A stretch of 32,000 nt of DNA from Bacillus subtilis subsp. subtilis str. 168. GTDB taxonomy: Bacteria > Bacillota > Bacilli > Bacillales > Bacillaceae. This document shows, piece by piece, positions 9,129-20,186 of the stretch. Where the stretch lies: positions 2,580,001 to 2,612,000 of the forward strand of contig NC_000964.3 in NCBI RefSeq assembly GCF_000009045.1, given 5' to 3'. A program made the position numbers and the translations under genes. The notes under the pieces are model-generated. The model ran no database searches, had not been told where the DNA came from, and saw nothing but the letters and a program-made list of their open reading frames with translations. The number at the start of each line of letters is the position of its first letter. Within the stretch, counting starts at the first letter, position 1.

Positions 9129-10256
9129 GTGAGTGAAATCACACATCGTACAAAAACGCGTCCCGTCAAAGTGGGACCTTTAACAATAGGCGGCAACAAT
9201 GAAGTTGTCATCCAAAGCATGACAACAACAAAAACACATGATGTAGAAGCAACGGTTGCGGAAATTAACCGTTTGGCTGAAGCCGGATGCCAAATCGTTC
9301 GGGTAGCATGTCCGGATGAACGGGCGGCAAACGCCATTGCGGATATTAAAAAGCGCATTTCCATTCCTCTCGTTGTTGACATACATTTCGATTATAAACT
9401 TGCGTTGAAAGCCATTGAAGGCGGCGCAGATAAAATCCGAATCAACCCCGGCAATATCGGCCGGCGCGAAAAAGTTGAAGCGGTTGTTAAAGCGGCCAAA
9501 GACAAAGGCATTCCGATCAGAATCGGAGTAAACGCCGGTTCATTGGAAAAACGGATTTTAGAAAAATACGGTTATCCGACTGCCGATGGAATGGTAGAAA
9601 GCGCACTTCATCACATTAAAATTCTTGAGGATCTTGATTTTCACGATATTATTGTCAGCATGAAGGCCTCTGACGTGAACCTTGCAATCGAGGCTTATGA
9701 AAAAGCAGCGAAAGCGTTTGACTACCCGCTTCACCTCGGGATCACCGAGTCAGGAACACTGTTTGCCGGCACAGTAAAGAGCGCAGCAGGACTCGGCGCC
9801 ATTTTAAGCAAAGGCATCGGGAACACCATGCGCATTTCACTAAGCGCAGACCCTGTAGAAGAGGTAAAAGTAGCAAGGGAGCTTCTGAAATCTTTCGGCT
9901 TAGCCTCCAATGCTGCCACGCTCATCTCATGCCCGACTTGCGGCCGTATTGAGATTGATCTAATCAGCATTGCCAATGAAGTGGAAGAGTATATTTCTAA
10001 GATAAAAGCGCCGATTAAAGTTGCTGTTCTCGGCTGCGCTGTAAACGGACCTGGTGAAGCGAGAGAAGCTGATATCGGAATCGCCGGCGCACGCGGTGAA
10101 GGGCTGCTGTTCCGGAAAGGGAAAATTGTCCGTAAGGTTCCAGAGGAAACGATGGTAGAAGAACTCAAAAAAGAAATTGACATTCTTGCTGAGGAACACT
10201 ACGCAAAACTTGAAGCTGAAAAAGCAAAATTAAAAGAAGAAACACAAAAAGCTTGA
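9129..10256 (+). CDS. ispG: 4-hydroxy-3-methylbut-2-en-1-yl diphosphate synthase (flavodoxin-dependent)
   Basis: [37 protein letters not shown]... and Cys motifs SCPTCGR and [10 protein letters not shown]. The best RBS (AAGGAG at 9114-9119) fits GTG at 9129 (375 aa). A TTG at 9123 would give 377 aa. The track start at 9084 lies upstream of this RBS. Confidence 0.96.
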   Translation: MSEITHRTKTRPVKVGPLTIGGNNEVVIQSMTTTKTHDVEATVAEINRLAEAGCQIVRVACPDERAANAIADIKKRISIPLVVDIHFDYKLALKAIEGGADKIRINPGNIGRREKVEAVVKAAKDKGIPIRIGVNAGSLEKRILEKYGYPTADGMVESALHHIKILEDLDFHDIIVSMKASDVNLAIEAYEKAAKAFDYPLHLGITESGTLFAGTVKSAAGLGAILSKGIGNTMRISLSADPVEEVKVARELLKSFGLASNAATLISCPTCGRIEIDLISIANEVEEYISKIKAPIKVAVLGCAVNGPGEAREADIGIAGARGEGLLFRKGKIVRKVPEETMVEELKKEIDILAEEHYAKLEAEKAKLKEETQKA

Positions 10257-10278
10257 CGGGAACCCGTCAAGCTTTTTT
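10250..10278 (+). terminator. Intrinsic terminator of ispG, stem includes the stop codon
   Basis: AAGCTTGACGGGaaCCCGTCAAGCTTTTTT. Confidence 0.92.
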
Positions 10279-10281
10279 GTG

Positions 10282-10665
10282 TTAGAAAAATGGAATAATA
10301 AATATTCCAAGCACTAATGAAACGACACCGATACCCATTGCCCAGGCTCCAAGGCCTTGAGCACCTCTTCTTCTTGCGATATAGCCGACAATAATACCAG
10401 CAGCTCCCAATAAAACAGGCAGTACAAACAATGAAATGATGGACAAGGCTAAAGCGATGTACCCTATTCCCCGTCCTTCATTGACATTGCCGCCGCTGCG
10501 ATCATTGTCTTGGTCATTGCTGCGGTCAGCAGCACGATAAGGCTCTGCGATTTCAGCAGCTGTTTCCTCAAAAAAACCGTCATTGTCGCGGGTAATATTT
10601 GTCCCTTCAGATCCATGATCAACATAGTAACTGTTGTTATCACGCTTTTCGTAATCGTTTGCCAC
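10282..10665 (-). CDS. yqfX: Membrane protein YqfX
   Basis: 127 aa from GTG at 10665 ((M)ANDYEKRDNNSYYVDHG...), preceded by AAGGGGG at good spacing. C-terminal hydrophobic helices and a Gly-rich hinge GIGYIALALSIISLFVLPVLLGAAGIIVGYIARRRGAQGLG. Confidence 0.85.
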   Translation of the reverse strand: MANDYEKRDNNSYYVDHGSEGTNITRDNDGFFEETAAEIAEPYRAADRSNDQDNDRSGGNVNEGRGIGYIALALSIISLFVLPVLLGAAGIIVGYIARRRGAQGLGAWAMGIGVVSLVLGIFIIPFF

Positions 10666-10803
10666 CTTCAATTCCCCCTTCTGTTTTATTAAAGGAGCTT
10701 TTATAGTTTGATCCATTTTGCCTGATTCATGTTTGCTAAACTTTTCTGTTAATGTCAATTGTTTATGTTACACTTGAAGGGATGAAACTGAAGGAGTGTG
10801 GGC

Positions 10804-11385
10804 ATGTTACGCTTAGGAATAGATATTGACGGCACAATCACGGCTCAGGATACATTCGTCCCTTATTTGAACCGTTCGTTTAATCTTTCCATTTCATTAA
10901 ACGATATGACGGATTATGATTTAACAAAGCTGTTAAACATTACCCAGGAAGAATTTTGGGATTGGATGAATCAAAATGAAGCGATCATATATAAGGAAGC
11001 ATTGCTTGCACAGCATGCGAAACAGTCTCTCGATCTTCTCAAAGAGGAGCACAAGCTTATTTATATTACAGCGAGACGGACTCATTTAACTGATATTACT
11101 TATGAATGGTTTGACAGACAAAACATTCATTATGACCACATCGAACTTGTTGGGGGTCATCACAAAGTTGAAGCGGTCAAGAATCATAACATCGACCTGT
11201 TTTTTGAGGATCATCACGGGAACGCCATGATGATTGCGAAAGAAGCCGGGATACCGGTGATTTTGTTCAATTCCCCTTATAATCAGCTTCCGATTGATTC
11301 AAACATCATCAGAGTAAACAACTGGCTAGAAGCCGTTCAATGGATGAACAACAACAAGCATCACTTAATACGCGTCAATAACTGA
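10804..11385 (+). CDS. yqfW: Putative HAD-family 5' nucleotidase YqfW
   Basis: 193 aa from ATG at 10804, RBS AAGGAG 7 nt upstream. HAD motif LGIDIDGTITAQD, ITARRTHL, and FFEDHHGNAMMIAKEAGIPVILFNSPYN. Confidence 0.88.
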   Translation: MLRLGIDIDGTITAQDTFVPYLNRSFNLSISLNDMTDYDLTKLLNITQEEFWDWMNQNEAIIYKEALLAQHAKQSLDLLKEEHKLIYITARRTHLTDITYEWFDRQNIHYDHIELVGGHHKVEAVKNHNIDLFFEDHHGNAMMIAKEAGIPVILFNSPYNQLPIDSNIIRVNNWLEAVQWMNNNKHHLIRVNN

Positions 11386-11413
11386 AAAAGGAGCCCAAAC
11401 CGGGCCCCTTTTT
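11385..11413. terminator. Bidirectional terminator between convergent yqfW and zur
   Basis: AAAAAGGaGCCCaaacCGGGCcCCTTTTT, with A tract on one side and T tract on the other. Confidence 0.88.
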
Positions 11414-11427
11414 CATATATACGCATT

Positions 11428-11865
11428 TTACGCAGTAGTGTTTTCTTGGTTTTCCGCTGTACAATCAGGGCATGTGCCATAAATCTCAAATTTATGCCCG
11501 CTGACCTGATAGCCATCCAAATCATCACAAAGCTTGTCCATCGGACATGATTCAATTTCCTTTGTTTTGCCGCAGGCAAGACAAATAAAATGATGGTGGT
11601 GATGGGTGAATGAACACTTAAATCGGAAGAGCTTTTCACCGGACAGCTCAGTTGTTTCCAAAATCCCAAGTTCTTCATATAAAGAAAGATTTCTGTAGAT
11701 TGTATCAAAGCTTAAGCCTGGATAATCATCATTCAGTGCAGACAGTACGTTTTTAGCGGTAAGATATCTGTCTGAATCAGCAAAAAGCTGCAGCATATCC
11801 TCCCGTTTGTTTGTATATTTATATCCGTTTTCTTTTAATAGGTTCAGCGCTTCTTGGACGTTCAT
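11428..11865 (-). CDS. zur: Fur-family zinc uptake regulator Zur
   Basis: 145 aa, Fur fold, [24 protein letters not shown] and a C-terminal C..C pair (GTCPDC). Confidence 0.95.
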   Translation of the reverse strand: MNVQEALNLLKENGYKYTNKREDMLQLFADSDRYLTAKNVLSALNDDYPGLSFDTIYRNLSLYEELGILETTELSGEKLFRFKCSFTHHHHHFICLACGKTKEIESCPMDKLCDDLDGYQVSGHKFEIYGTCPDCTAENQENTTA

Positions 11866-12002
11866 GAAGGGTCCCCCTTTTCGCTTTGCTTAAGAACGTA
11901 TCACATGTATGAAAAAGAAAATGGCAGCTGTCTGTCCAGCAAGCCATTTTCTTTACTGCAGATAAAATTATACCCATAAAATGAATAAAAGTAAATGAAA
12001 GC

Positions 12003-12911
<909 letters not shown>

Positions 12912-12999
12912 TTAAATACATTATAAATCTATTTTACCATTAAACACTGACACATTTTACTGATTTGCCCATACATTAAGTCTGGAGGTGGAATGACCG

Positions 13000-13254
13000 A
13001 TGATTTTATTTCAAAGAATTATTTTGCAGCGGCTTAATCAGGCTACTGCTGATGATTTGCTGAAGTACTCAAAACAATACGGAATCAGCTTAACAAGATC
13101 GCAGGCCGTTGAAGTAGCGAACCTGTTATACGGGAAAAATGTAAACATCTTTAATGAGAGTGAACGAATGCGGCTGCTGAAACAAGTAGAGACGATTACA
13201 TCGAAAGAAACAGCTCAAACAGTTAATGAACTATTCAAACAATTTACAAGCTAA
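13000..13254 (+). CDS. yqfT: Small DUF2624-type protein YqfT
   Basis: 84 aa, MILFQRIILQRLNQATADDLLKYSKQYGISLTRSQAVEVANLLYGKNVNIFNESER, preceded by a strong GGAGGTG. Syntenic. Confidence 0.85.
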   Translation: MILFQRIILQRLNQATADDLLKYSKQYGISLTRSQAVEVANLLYGKNVNIFNESERMRLLKQVETITSKETAQTVNELFKQFTS

Positions 13255-13282
13255 AAAATGGGGGTGTTATCCCCCATTTTTT
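13253..13282. terminator. Bidirectional terminator between yqfT and nfo
   Basis: AAAAAATGGGGGtgttatCCCCCATTTTTT perfect hairpin, touching the stop codons of both genes. Confidence 0.92.
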
Positions 13283-14174
13283 ATTGCTGTAAAATCTTTT
13301 CAAGCAATGTATCATCAAATTGTTTTTCTTTCAGCATTTCAATCTCAAAACGGTATGGCGGTTTTTTGTTCTTTTTATCTTCACCGACGTATGGTGTTTC
13401 AAGAATTTTTGGAATGTCTTTTAACTGCTCATGGTGAACAACATATTGCAGTGCGTCAAAACCTATTTCACCAAAGCCAATATTTTCATGGCGGTCTTTT
13501 CTCGCACCTTTGACATTTTTGCTGTCATTGATATGAAGCACTTTAATACGGTCAATGCCAATGATTTTATCGAACTCATTTAGCACTCCGTCAAAGTCTT
13601 CGACAATGTTATACCCGGCATCATGTGTATGGCACGTGTCAAAGCACACTGACAGCTGCTCATTGTGTGTAACGCCTTCGATAATCTGCGCAAGCTCCTC
13701 AAAGCTTCTGCCGCATTCTGATCCTTTTCCAGCCATTGTTTCTAATGCAATCTGGACATTTTGATTCGGATCAATCACTTCATTTAAGCCTTCAATAATT
13801 TTTTTGATGCCGGCTTCAGCTCCTGCCCCTACGTGAGCGCCAGGATGAAGGACAATTTGCTTCGCTCCGATGGCCGCTGTCCGTTCAATTTCTGAACGAA
13901 GAAAATCAACACCCAGCTCAAAAGTGGACGGATTTGTCGTGTTGCCAATATTAATAATATAAGGCGCGTGTACGATAATCTCGTCAATGCCGTTTTCTTG
14001 CATATGTGCCCGGCCTGCTTCTATATTTAAGTCTTCAATTTTCTTTCGGCGCGTATTTTGCGGTGCGCCTGTATAGATCATAAACGTATTCGCCCCATAA
14101 GAGACTGCTTCCTGGCTTGCAGCCAGAAGCATATGTTTTCCGCTCATAGAGACGTGTGAGCCTATTCTCAGCAA
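13281..14174 (-). CDS. nfo: Endonuclease IV (AP endonuclease)
   Basis: 297 aa, [46 protein letters not shown] and [10 protein letters not shown]. Confidence 0.96.
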   Translation of the reverse strand: MLRIGSHVSMSGKHMLLAASQEAVSYGANTFMIYTGAPQNTRRKKIEDLNIEAGRAHMQENGIDEIIVHAPYIINIGNTTNPSTFELGVDFLRSEIERTAAIGAKQIVLHPGAHVGAGAEAGIKKIIEGLNEVIDPNQNVQIALETMAGKGSECGRSFEELAQIIEGVTHNEQLSVCFDTCHTHDAGYNIVEDFDGVLNEFDKIIGIDRIKVLHINDSKNVKGARKDRHENIGFGEIGFDALQYVVHHEQLKDIPKILETPYVGEDKKNKKPPYRFEIEMLKEKQFDDTLLEKILQQ

Positions 14175-14183
14175 CAGGTTCCC

Positions 14184-15500
14184 CTACTTTCTTTTCTTAG
14201 ATTGGTTTCTTCTCTGTTTTTTCTTGATTTTCTCCATCTCATAGCTCATTTTCTTTTTATACCCAGGCTTAACCTTCTTCGGCTTTTTCACGAGACGATG
14301 AGCAATTTCATCCGCTTCATTCGGCGTTTTTTTACGTTTTTTGCGGCGCTGACGGTCATCGCCTTTTTTCCATTCGCCCTTTTCAAGCTCTAAGTACTCA
14401 AATTCGATGCCCATTTTTTCAAGTCTTACTAATGCATCCTCATCAGTAAGCTCATAAATGGTCATCGCTTGTCCTGATGAGCCGGCACGAGCCGTTCTGC
14501 CCACACGGTGAACATAGAAATCGAGATCATCCGGCAGCTCATAGTTGATAACATGGCTGACACCTTTAATATCAATACCTCTTGCGGCAAGGTCAGTTGC
14601 AATGATATATGTGAATTCCAAATCATTGATCTGCTTCATGACTTTTTTCCGCTCACGTGGTGTTAATCCGCCGTGCAGCAAGCCGATTTTCATGCCTTTG
14701 CCAGTCAGATACTGGGCAATATGGTCAGCCGTATTTTTCGTGTTGGCAAACACAATCCCCAGGTATGGATTCAGATGCGACATGATGTCAAAAAGGAGCT
14801 TGTCCTTGTCACGATGTTTCGAAGGAATGAGGATATGCTCGATTTTCGCAGCAGTCACCTGTTTTGGCTCCACATGGGCGTATTTCGGATTTTCCATGTA
14901 TTTCTTCAAGAATGGTTTCAGCTTTTCCGGTATGGTCGCTGAGAACACAAGCATTTGCAGATCCTCAGGCATGCGGGAACCGATGTAATCTACATCTGCA
15001 AGGAATCCCATGTCCAGCATTAAATCCGCTTCATCAATAACAAGAGATTCCGCTTTATGAACACTTAACGCCTGTTCTTTGATTAAGTCAGCAATCCGTC
15101 CAGGTGTACCGACAACAAGATGCGGCTGTATTTTCAATTTATCAATTGATTTTTGTTTATCAGTGCCTCCGATAAAACATTTCGAGCGAATCTGACTTCC
15201 TTCTTCACCCTGCGTGATTTTAAGCGCTTCCTGATAAATCTGGTTGGCAAGCTCTCTTGTCGGAGCCGTAATGACTACCTGAACGACATCCTTAGCAGGA
15301 TCGATTTTGTTTAATAAAGGCAGTAAATAAGCGTGAGTCTTTCCAGTACCCGTCTGAGACTGGCCGATGACGCTTTCTTTTTTTAACACTGCAGGAATCA
15401 GCCTTTTCTGGATATCAGTCGGTTCGTAAAAACCAAGGCGATGTACTGCATCTATAATAAATGGTTTCAATTCATAAAGTTCAAATTTCGTTTCTTTCAT
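14184..15500 (-). CDS. cshB: DEAD-box RNA helicase CshB
   Basis: 438 aa from ATG at 15500 (MKETKFELYELKPF). GQSQTGTGKTHAYLLP, PTRELA, DEAD, SAT and HRVGRTARAG motifs, with a basic C-terminal tail. Confidence 0.95.
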   Translation of the reverse strand: MKETKFELYELKPFIIDAVHRLGFYEPTDIQKRLIPAVLKKESVIGQSQTGTGKTHAYLLPLLNKIDPAKDVVQVVITAPTRELANQIYQEALKITQGEEGSQIRSKCFIGGTDKQKSIDKLKIQPHLVVGTPGRIADLIKEQALSVHKAESLVIDEADLMLDMGFLADVDYIGSRMPEDLQMLVFSATIPEKLKPFLKKYMENPKYAHVEPKQVTAAKIEHILIPSKHRDKDKLLFDIMSHLNPYLGIVFANTKNTADHIAQYLTGKGMKIGLLHGGLTPRERKKVMKQINDLEFTYIIATDLAARGIDIKGVSHVINYELPDDLDFYVHRVGRTARAGSSGQAMTIYELTDEDALVRLEKMGIEFEYLELEKGEWKKGDDRQRRKKRKKTPNEADEIAHRLVKKPKKVKPGYKKKMSYEMEKIKKKQRRNQSKKRK

Positions 15501-15668
15501 TTTTCCCAGCTCCTTAAAGCGGCACATTATGTGTCCATCATCACATTATACCCGATTTTGCTTAAAAACACCACGTTTGCAAGGCGTTTGTTTTATTCAG
15601 TTATGTAAAGCAAATACCGCAGCCCATGCATATTCTAATAGCAGAGAGAGCTGAAAGGAGGTACAAGT

Positions 15669-16412
15669 ATGTTTTCACCGCAGCAGCCAATGAGAAATTA
15701 CCCACAGCCCGGACCGCCCCGCCCCATGCCAAATCAGCGAATGATGGGCAGAAGACCGCCTAATATGCGAGGACCTTCATTTGGAGCACAGCAGCAAGGT
15801 TTTCAGCAAGCCGGACAATTTCTTCCTCAGGCAAATGCCGGAGCGAGAAATGGTGCAGGTGCAGGCGGAGGCTTAAAAGGAATGCTGTCAAGGTTCCTCC
15901 CCGGCGGAGGAGGCGCTGGCAGCGCCGGGGTTCCCGGAATTCCAGGAGCAGGTGCAGCAGCGAGCGGAGGTGCTGGCCTGCAAGGCATTCAAAATATTGC
16001 CAATCCTGCATCATTATCCAGTATGCTTGGAAATGTGCAAAAAGTACTCGGCATGGCGCAGCAAGTCACCCCTATGATCCAGCAGTACGGCCCATTAGTC
16101 CGCAATCTGCCAGCAATGATGAAGCTGTACAGCCAATTAAGTAAAAGTGATGATACTGAGACAGAGGCCAATGAGGAAAGTGAAAAACAATCCGTTTCAG
16201 AAGAATCATCAGAAAAAGAAAAAGAGACTGAAACAAAAACCTCAGATGGGAACAAAAAATCAAAACCAAAAAGTTCTTCTCTCCCAAAGAAATCTAAAAC
16301 AACTGACAATAAAGAACAAGAATTAAAAACATCTGCCCCGAAGAAAAAGGAAGCTGCCTCTCCTGCTCCGAAAAGAACATCAGGCAGTTCAAAACCGAGA
16401 TTATATATTTAA
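15669..16412 (+). CDS. yqfQ: YqfQ, VrrA-like low-complexity protein
   Basis: 247 aa, RBS AAAGGAGG upstream. Pro/Arg/Gln-rich N-terminus, Gly/Ala-rich stretch and acidic/basic Ser-rich tail. Confidence 0.85.
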   Translation: MFSPQQPMRNYPQPGPPRPMPNQRMMGRRPPNMRGPSFGAQQQGFQQAGQFLPQANAGARNGAGAGGGLKGMLSRFLPGGGGAGSAGVPGIPGAGAAASGGAGLQGIQNIANPASLSSMLGNVQKVLGMAQQVTPMIQQYGPLVRNLPAMMKLYSQLSKSDDTETEANEESEKQSVSEESSEKEKETETKTSDGNKKSKPKSSSLPKKSKTTDNKEQELKTSAPKKKEAASPAPKRTSGSSKPRLYI

Positions 16413-16418
16413 CATTCT

Positions 16419-16447
16419 TTGATATCTTAAGTGAGATTGGCTATAAT
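16419..16447 (+). promoter_or_regulatory. Strong sigma-A-type promoter upstream of ispH
   Basis: TTGATA - 17 bp - TATAAT, immediately after the yqfQ stop. Confidence 0.75.
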
Positions 16448-16471
16448 GAGATCAGAAGAATGCAAGAATAG

Positions 16472-16495
16472 AGCCGTTTGATTACGGCTTTTTAT
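16472..16495 (+). terminator. Terminator-like hairpin between the promoter and ispH
   Basis: AGCCGT-ttgatt-ACGGCT-TTTTA, a 6-bp stem plus a short T tract. Confidence 0.6.
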
Positions 16496-16534
16496 ATTGC
16501 CTTTACTCACTTCAGTATTGGAGGACAACCGAAA

Positions 16535-17479
16535 ATGGACGTAATTAAAATTTCACCGCGCGGCTATTGCTATGGTGTTGTTGATGCTATGGTCATTGCC
16601 AAAAATGCGTCGCTAGATAAAAGCTTGCCAAGACCCATCTATATACTCGGGATGATTGTTCATAATAAACACGTCACTGATGCGTTTGAAGAGGAAGGGA
16701 TTTTTACATTGGACGGCTCTAACCGTCTGGACATCTTAAAGCAGGTTGACAAAGGAACTGTCATTTTCACTGCGCACGGTGTTTCTCCCGAAGTCAGAAG
16801 AATCGCAGAAGAAAAAGGGTTAGTCGCAATTGATGCTACATGTCCGGATGTGACAAAAACTCATAATCTAATCTTAGAGATGAAAGAAAAAGGATATCAC
16901 GTGATCTATATCGGCAAAAAAGGGCATCCAGAGCCTGAGGGAGCCGTTGGCGTAGCGCCGGAGATCGTTCACTTAGTTGAAACAGAAGAAGATGTAAAGA
17001 ACCTTGATATCCAATCTGAGAAGTTAATCGTGACGAATCAAACAACAATGTCTCAATGGGATGTTCACGACATTATGGAGCTTGTCAAAGAAAAATATCC
17101 TCATGTCGAATATCACCAAGAGATTTGCCTCGCTACTCAAGTGCGGCAGGAAGCTGTATCAGAGCAGGCAAAAAAAGCGGACTTAACAATCGTTGTCGGA
17201 GACCCGAAAAGCAACAATTCAAATAGGCTTGCTCAAGTGTCAGAGGAAATAGCCGGGACAAAAGCATACCGGATCGGCGACTTAAGCGAATTGAAGCTCG
17301 AATGGCTGAAAGGCGTTAATACCGTTGCAGTTACAGCGGGAGCTTCAACACCGACGCCGATCACAAAAGAAGTCATTCGCTTTTTAGAGCAGTTTGATCA
17401 CGAAGATCCATCAACTTGGACAACTGAACATAATATACCGCTCAAAAAAATACTTCCAAAAGTAAAAGCAAAAAACTGA
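16535..17479 (+). CDS. ispH: 4-hydroxy-3-methylbut-2-enyl diphosphate reductase
   Basis: 314 aa from ATG at 16535 ([19 protein letters not shown]), RBS GGAGG. Conserved [22 protein letters not shown] and [11 protein letters not shown]. Confidence 0.97.
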   Translation: MDVIKISPRGYCYGVVDAMVIAKNASLDKSLPRPIYILGMIVHNKHVTDAFEEEGIFTLDGSNRLDILKQVDKGTVIFTAHGVSPEVRRIAEEKGLVAIDATCPDVTKTHNLILEMKEKGYHVIYIGKKGHPEPEGAVGVAPEIVHLVETEEDVKNLDIQSEKLIVTNQTTMSQWDVHDIMELVKEKYPHVEYHQEICLATQVRQEAVSEQAKKADLTIVVGDPKSNNSNRLAQVSEEIAGTKAYRIGDLSELKLEWLKGVNTVAVTAGASTPTPITKEVIRFLEQFDHEDPSTWTTEHNIPLKKILPKVKAKN

Positions 17480-17502
17480 GGCTGTAAAAGCCTCAGTTTT
17501 TT
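17471..17502. terminator. Bidirectional terminator between ispH and yqfO
   Basis: AAAAACTGAGGCtgtaaaaGCCTCAGTTTTTTT. Confidence 0.92.
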
Positions 17503-18623
17503 TATAGAAATGTAAATGGATTTGTATCTGTTTCAGAAACAAAGATATTCACGCCAAACTTTTTATCATTACACATTGATGTAAGTTTTCTCGTGACGCC
17601 TTCTTTCATGATTTTTTCCGCGTAATGGCCCGGATCAACCACATTTAGGCCAAGCATCATCGCATCATGGGCCACATGGAAGTATAAATCTCCTGTGACG
17701 TAAACATCGGCTCCCTTTCGTTTTGCATGATGAATATACTTGTTTCCATCTCCGCCAAGAACAGCTACTTTTTTCACCATGCTGTCAGCATCCCCAACCA
17801 TTCTGACACCATTGACGTCAAGCTTGTCTTTCACAAATAAAGCGAATTCCTTGAGCGTCATCTCATTTTTAAGGGTTCCGACACGGCCGAGCCCTTTTTC
17901 GGCGGGAGTCTGTTCGACAGGATAGATATCGTAAGCGACTTCTTCATATGGATGGCTTTTTATCATTGCATTGATAACAGCCTTTTCGACGCTTTTAGGA
18001 AATACAGTCTCAAGCCTTACTTCATGAACAAGCTCAAGCTCTCCCACTTCACCGATAAAAGGCTTAGCTCCGTCCAATGGCTTAAAGCTGCCGATTCCTT
18101 CAGATGAAAACGCGCAATGGCTGTATTCACCGATATGGCCGGCCCCCGCATTTCCGAGCGCGGCTCTGACCTGCTCTTCATATTCCTTCGGCACGTAAAC
18201 TGCCAGCTTTTTCAGAGGATCCGTATAAGTAGGTGCCAGCACTTCCGTCTCACTCAGCTCTAATGCTTCAGCAAGCAAATCATTCACACCGCCGTCCGCA
18301 ACGTCTAAATTTGTATGAGCTGCATAAACAGCAATATCATGCTTCAAACACTTTTCAATTAACCTTCCGGCAGGCTGATCTGTTGAAATATGCTTTAGCG
18401 ACCGGAAAATTGGTGGATGGTGTGCAATAATCAAGTCAACCTCTTTTTCAATCGCTTCATCGATAACGCTCTCTAACACATCAAGTGTAACCATCACATT
18501 TTTAATTGGTTTGTTTAAGGTGCCGATTTGCAGGCCGATTTTATCTCCTTCAACCGCATAGGCTTTCGGGGAAAATTGTTCAAACAGCTGGATGATCTGC
18601 TGCCCATTTACACTTTTAGCCAT
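17502..18623 (-). CDS. yqfO: Nif3-like (DUF34/PF01784) protein YqfO
   Basis: 373 aa, DLIIAHHPPIFRSL, YAAHTNLD, a middle insert domain and C-terminal VYVTGDLYFHVAHDA. Confidence 0.94.
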   Translation of the reverse strand: MAKSVNGQQIIQLFEQFSPKAYAVEGDKIGLQIGTLNKPIKNVMVTLDVLESVIDEAIEKEVDLIIAHHPPIFRSLKHISTDQPAGRLIEKCLKHDIAVYAAHTNLDVADGGVNDLLAEALELSETEVLAPTYTDPLKKLAVYVPKEYEEQVRAALGNAGAGHIGEYSHCAFSSEGIGSFKPLDGAKPFIGEVGELELVHEVRLETVFPKSVEKAVINAMIKSHPYEEVAYDIYPVEQTPAEKGLGRVGTLKNEMTLKEFALFVKDKLDVNGVRMVGDADSMVKKVAVLGGDGNKYIHHAKRKGADVYVTGDLYFHVAHDAMMLGLNVVDPGHYAEKIMKEGVTRKLTSMCNDKKFGVNIFVSETDTNPFTFL

Positions 18624-19332
18624 GATCGATTACCTCCTTTAACAGCTCCATTCGATCGGCGAGCTCCTTTAATTTTTGTTTGTTTTGCTCTGTATCCGCC
18701 GCTTGGCTGATCTGTTCATAAATGCTTTGAGTGTGCTGAAGCTCTTGTGTCCACTTTTTCAAAAAGACAGCATTTTTTTCTTTTGCCAAGAAAGGGCCAA
18801 CGAGCATCCCGGCTGATAAAGAAATACCGTCATAAGCCGCATCCCTGTCTCCCGCTTCTGCCACCAGCACCTCATAGCACTTTCCGTCCTCTTCAAGGAT
18901 TACCTCATCTATCAGCGCATATCTTTCTTTATAAAGCCACTCCCTGATATGAACAGCATGAATATTCGGCTGTAAAATGAGCCGTTCCTTCCCCGTTAAT
19001 TTGTCTTTGCCCGCTTCTAAAATGTGAGCGATCAAAGCCCCGCCCATTCCGGCAATCGTAATGGCATCAGCTTCACCTTTTTTAATCACTTCCAGTCCGT
19101 CTCCCTGCCTTACAGAAATGTGCGAGTTTAAGCCTGATTTTTCAACCTGCCGCTTTGCAGACAAAAATGGGCCGTCTGTTATTTCTCCGGCAATCGCCCC
19201 GCTGGCTTTATGATTCAGCACCGCATAACAAGGAAGGTAGGCGTGGTCAGAGCCGATATCGGCCATCACCGCTCCATTCGGTATGTACTCCGCTACTGTT
19301 TGCAATCGTTTAGATAATTTTAATTCGTTCAC
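18616..19332 (-). CDS. trmK: tRNA (adenine-N1) methyltransferase TrmK
   Basis: 238 aa, SAM-binding ADIGSDHAYLPCYAV, ITIAGMGGALIAHILE and LILQPN. Overlaps the yqfO start by 8 nt. Confidence 0.93.
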   Translation of the reverse strand: MNELKLSKRLQTVAEYIPNGAVMADIGSDHAYLPCYAVLNHKASGAIAGEITDGPFLSAKRQVEKSGLNSHISVRQGDGLEVIKKGEADAITIAGMGGALIAHILEAGKDKLTGKERLILQPNIHAVHIREWLYKERYALIDEVILEEDGKCYEVLVAEAGDRDAAYDGISLSAGMLVGPFLAKEKNAVFLKKWTQELQHTQSIYEQISQAADTEQNKQKLKELADRMELLKEVIDHG

Positions 19333-19458
19333 TTGTCATCACAACTTTTCTCAATCATTTTTTCCTTTACTATCATATAAAAAATCAGCCCGGAATCCAA
19401 GCTGAAGCAAATGATTTTGAAATTATTTCTTTTGATGCGGGTCTGCACGCAGCAGTCA

Positions 19459-19493
19459 AAAATAAAAGGCTGTCGAGAACATCTCGGCGGCCT
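19459..19493 (-). terminator. Candidate terminator of cccA (imperfect stem)
   Basis: Minus strand AGGCcgcCGAGatgttCTCGacaGCCTTTTATTTTT. Stem is interrupted by mismatches. Confidence 0.45.
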
Positions 19494-19522
19494 GTGAATG
19501 TATAAAGAGAAAAATAGTTCTT

Positions 19523-19885
19523 TTATTTAATTTTTGACACCCACTCTGCCATATCATCCAGCTTATCGGCCGGAACAAGACCGGAAGGCATTCCATTACC
19601 GCCTTTTTCGATCTTTGTTTTAATTTCAGCGACATCTTTCTTATCCCCTACACCTTTTAAGCTAGGACCCGAAACACCTTCATAATTTTCACCGTGGCAT
19701 GCGATGCAGTTTGCCTTGTAAATTTCTTCTGGTGAAGCGTTTGCATCTTTCTTTTCAGCAGATTTGCTTTCTCCTCCGCTCGCAATCTCCCGAGAGTCAT
19801 CAAGTCCTTTTACTGATAAAAAGAAAGTTAGACCAATTCCTAAAACAGCGATCAGCAAAAATGGAATAAGCGGGTTCCATTTCAT
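19523..19885 (-). CDS. cccA: Cytochrome c550, membrane-anchored
   Basis: 120 aa, one N-terminal TM, heme motif CIACH and distal Met GLVPADKLDDMAEWV. Confidence 0.95.
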   Translation of the reverse strand: MKWNPLIPFLLIAVLGIGLTFFLSVKGLDDSREIASGGESKSAEKKDANASPEEIYKANCIACHGENYEGVSGPSLKGVGDKKDVAEIKTKIEKGGNGMPSGLVPADKLDDMAEWVSKIK

Positions 19886-20186
19886 TTCCCTTCCCCCTTT
19901 TTGATCCTTCCCCCTATGTAAACACTTCTAATTCTAACTTATTTTTACAAAAAGTAAATGGATTGCTATACAAAAGTTTTTTATTCACACTTTATACAAA
20001 ATTGAATAGAAACATGCCTAAATCTCTAATATCCTTTTTATTCTATTGTATAATGTATTGTATACGCTTACAATAGAAAATATGGAATTAGATTTTGAAA
20101 TTTTTCACCACAATGTTCATTTGCAAATGACATCATTTTTCAGTAAAATAAAGGCATATTATCCATATATCTTTTTAAAAAAAGAA

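Noticed and set aside
9008-9382. 124-aa minus ORF antisense to ispG
   Set aside because: Shadow ORF of a strongly conserved coding frame. Composition (Cys/Arg/Ser-rich, no domain) is typical of an antisense artefact, as for the other reverse ORFs at 9180-9386, 9731-10183 and 9960-10199.
15719-15960. Gly/Pro/Ala-rich repetitive DNA resembling a tandem repeat or CRISPR-like array
   Set aside because: The repetition follows codon usage for Gly/Ala/Pro within yqfQ, with no fixed-length repeats and unique spacers. No CRISPR or cas genes are present.
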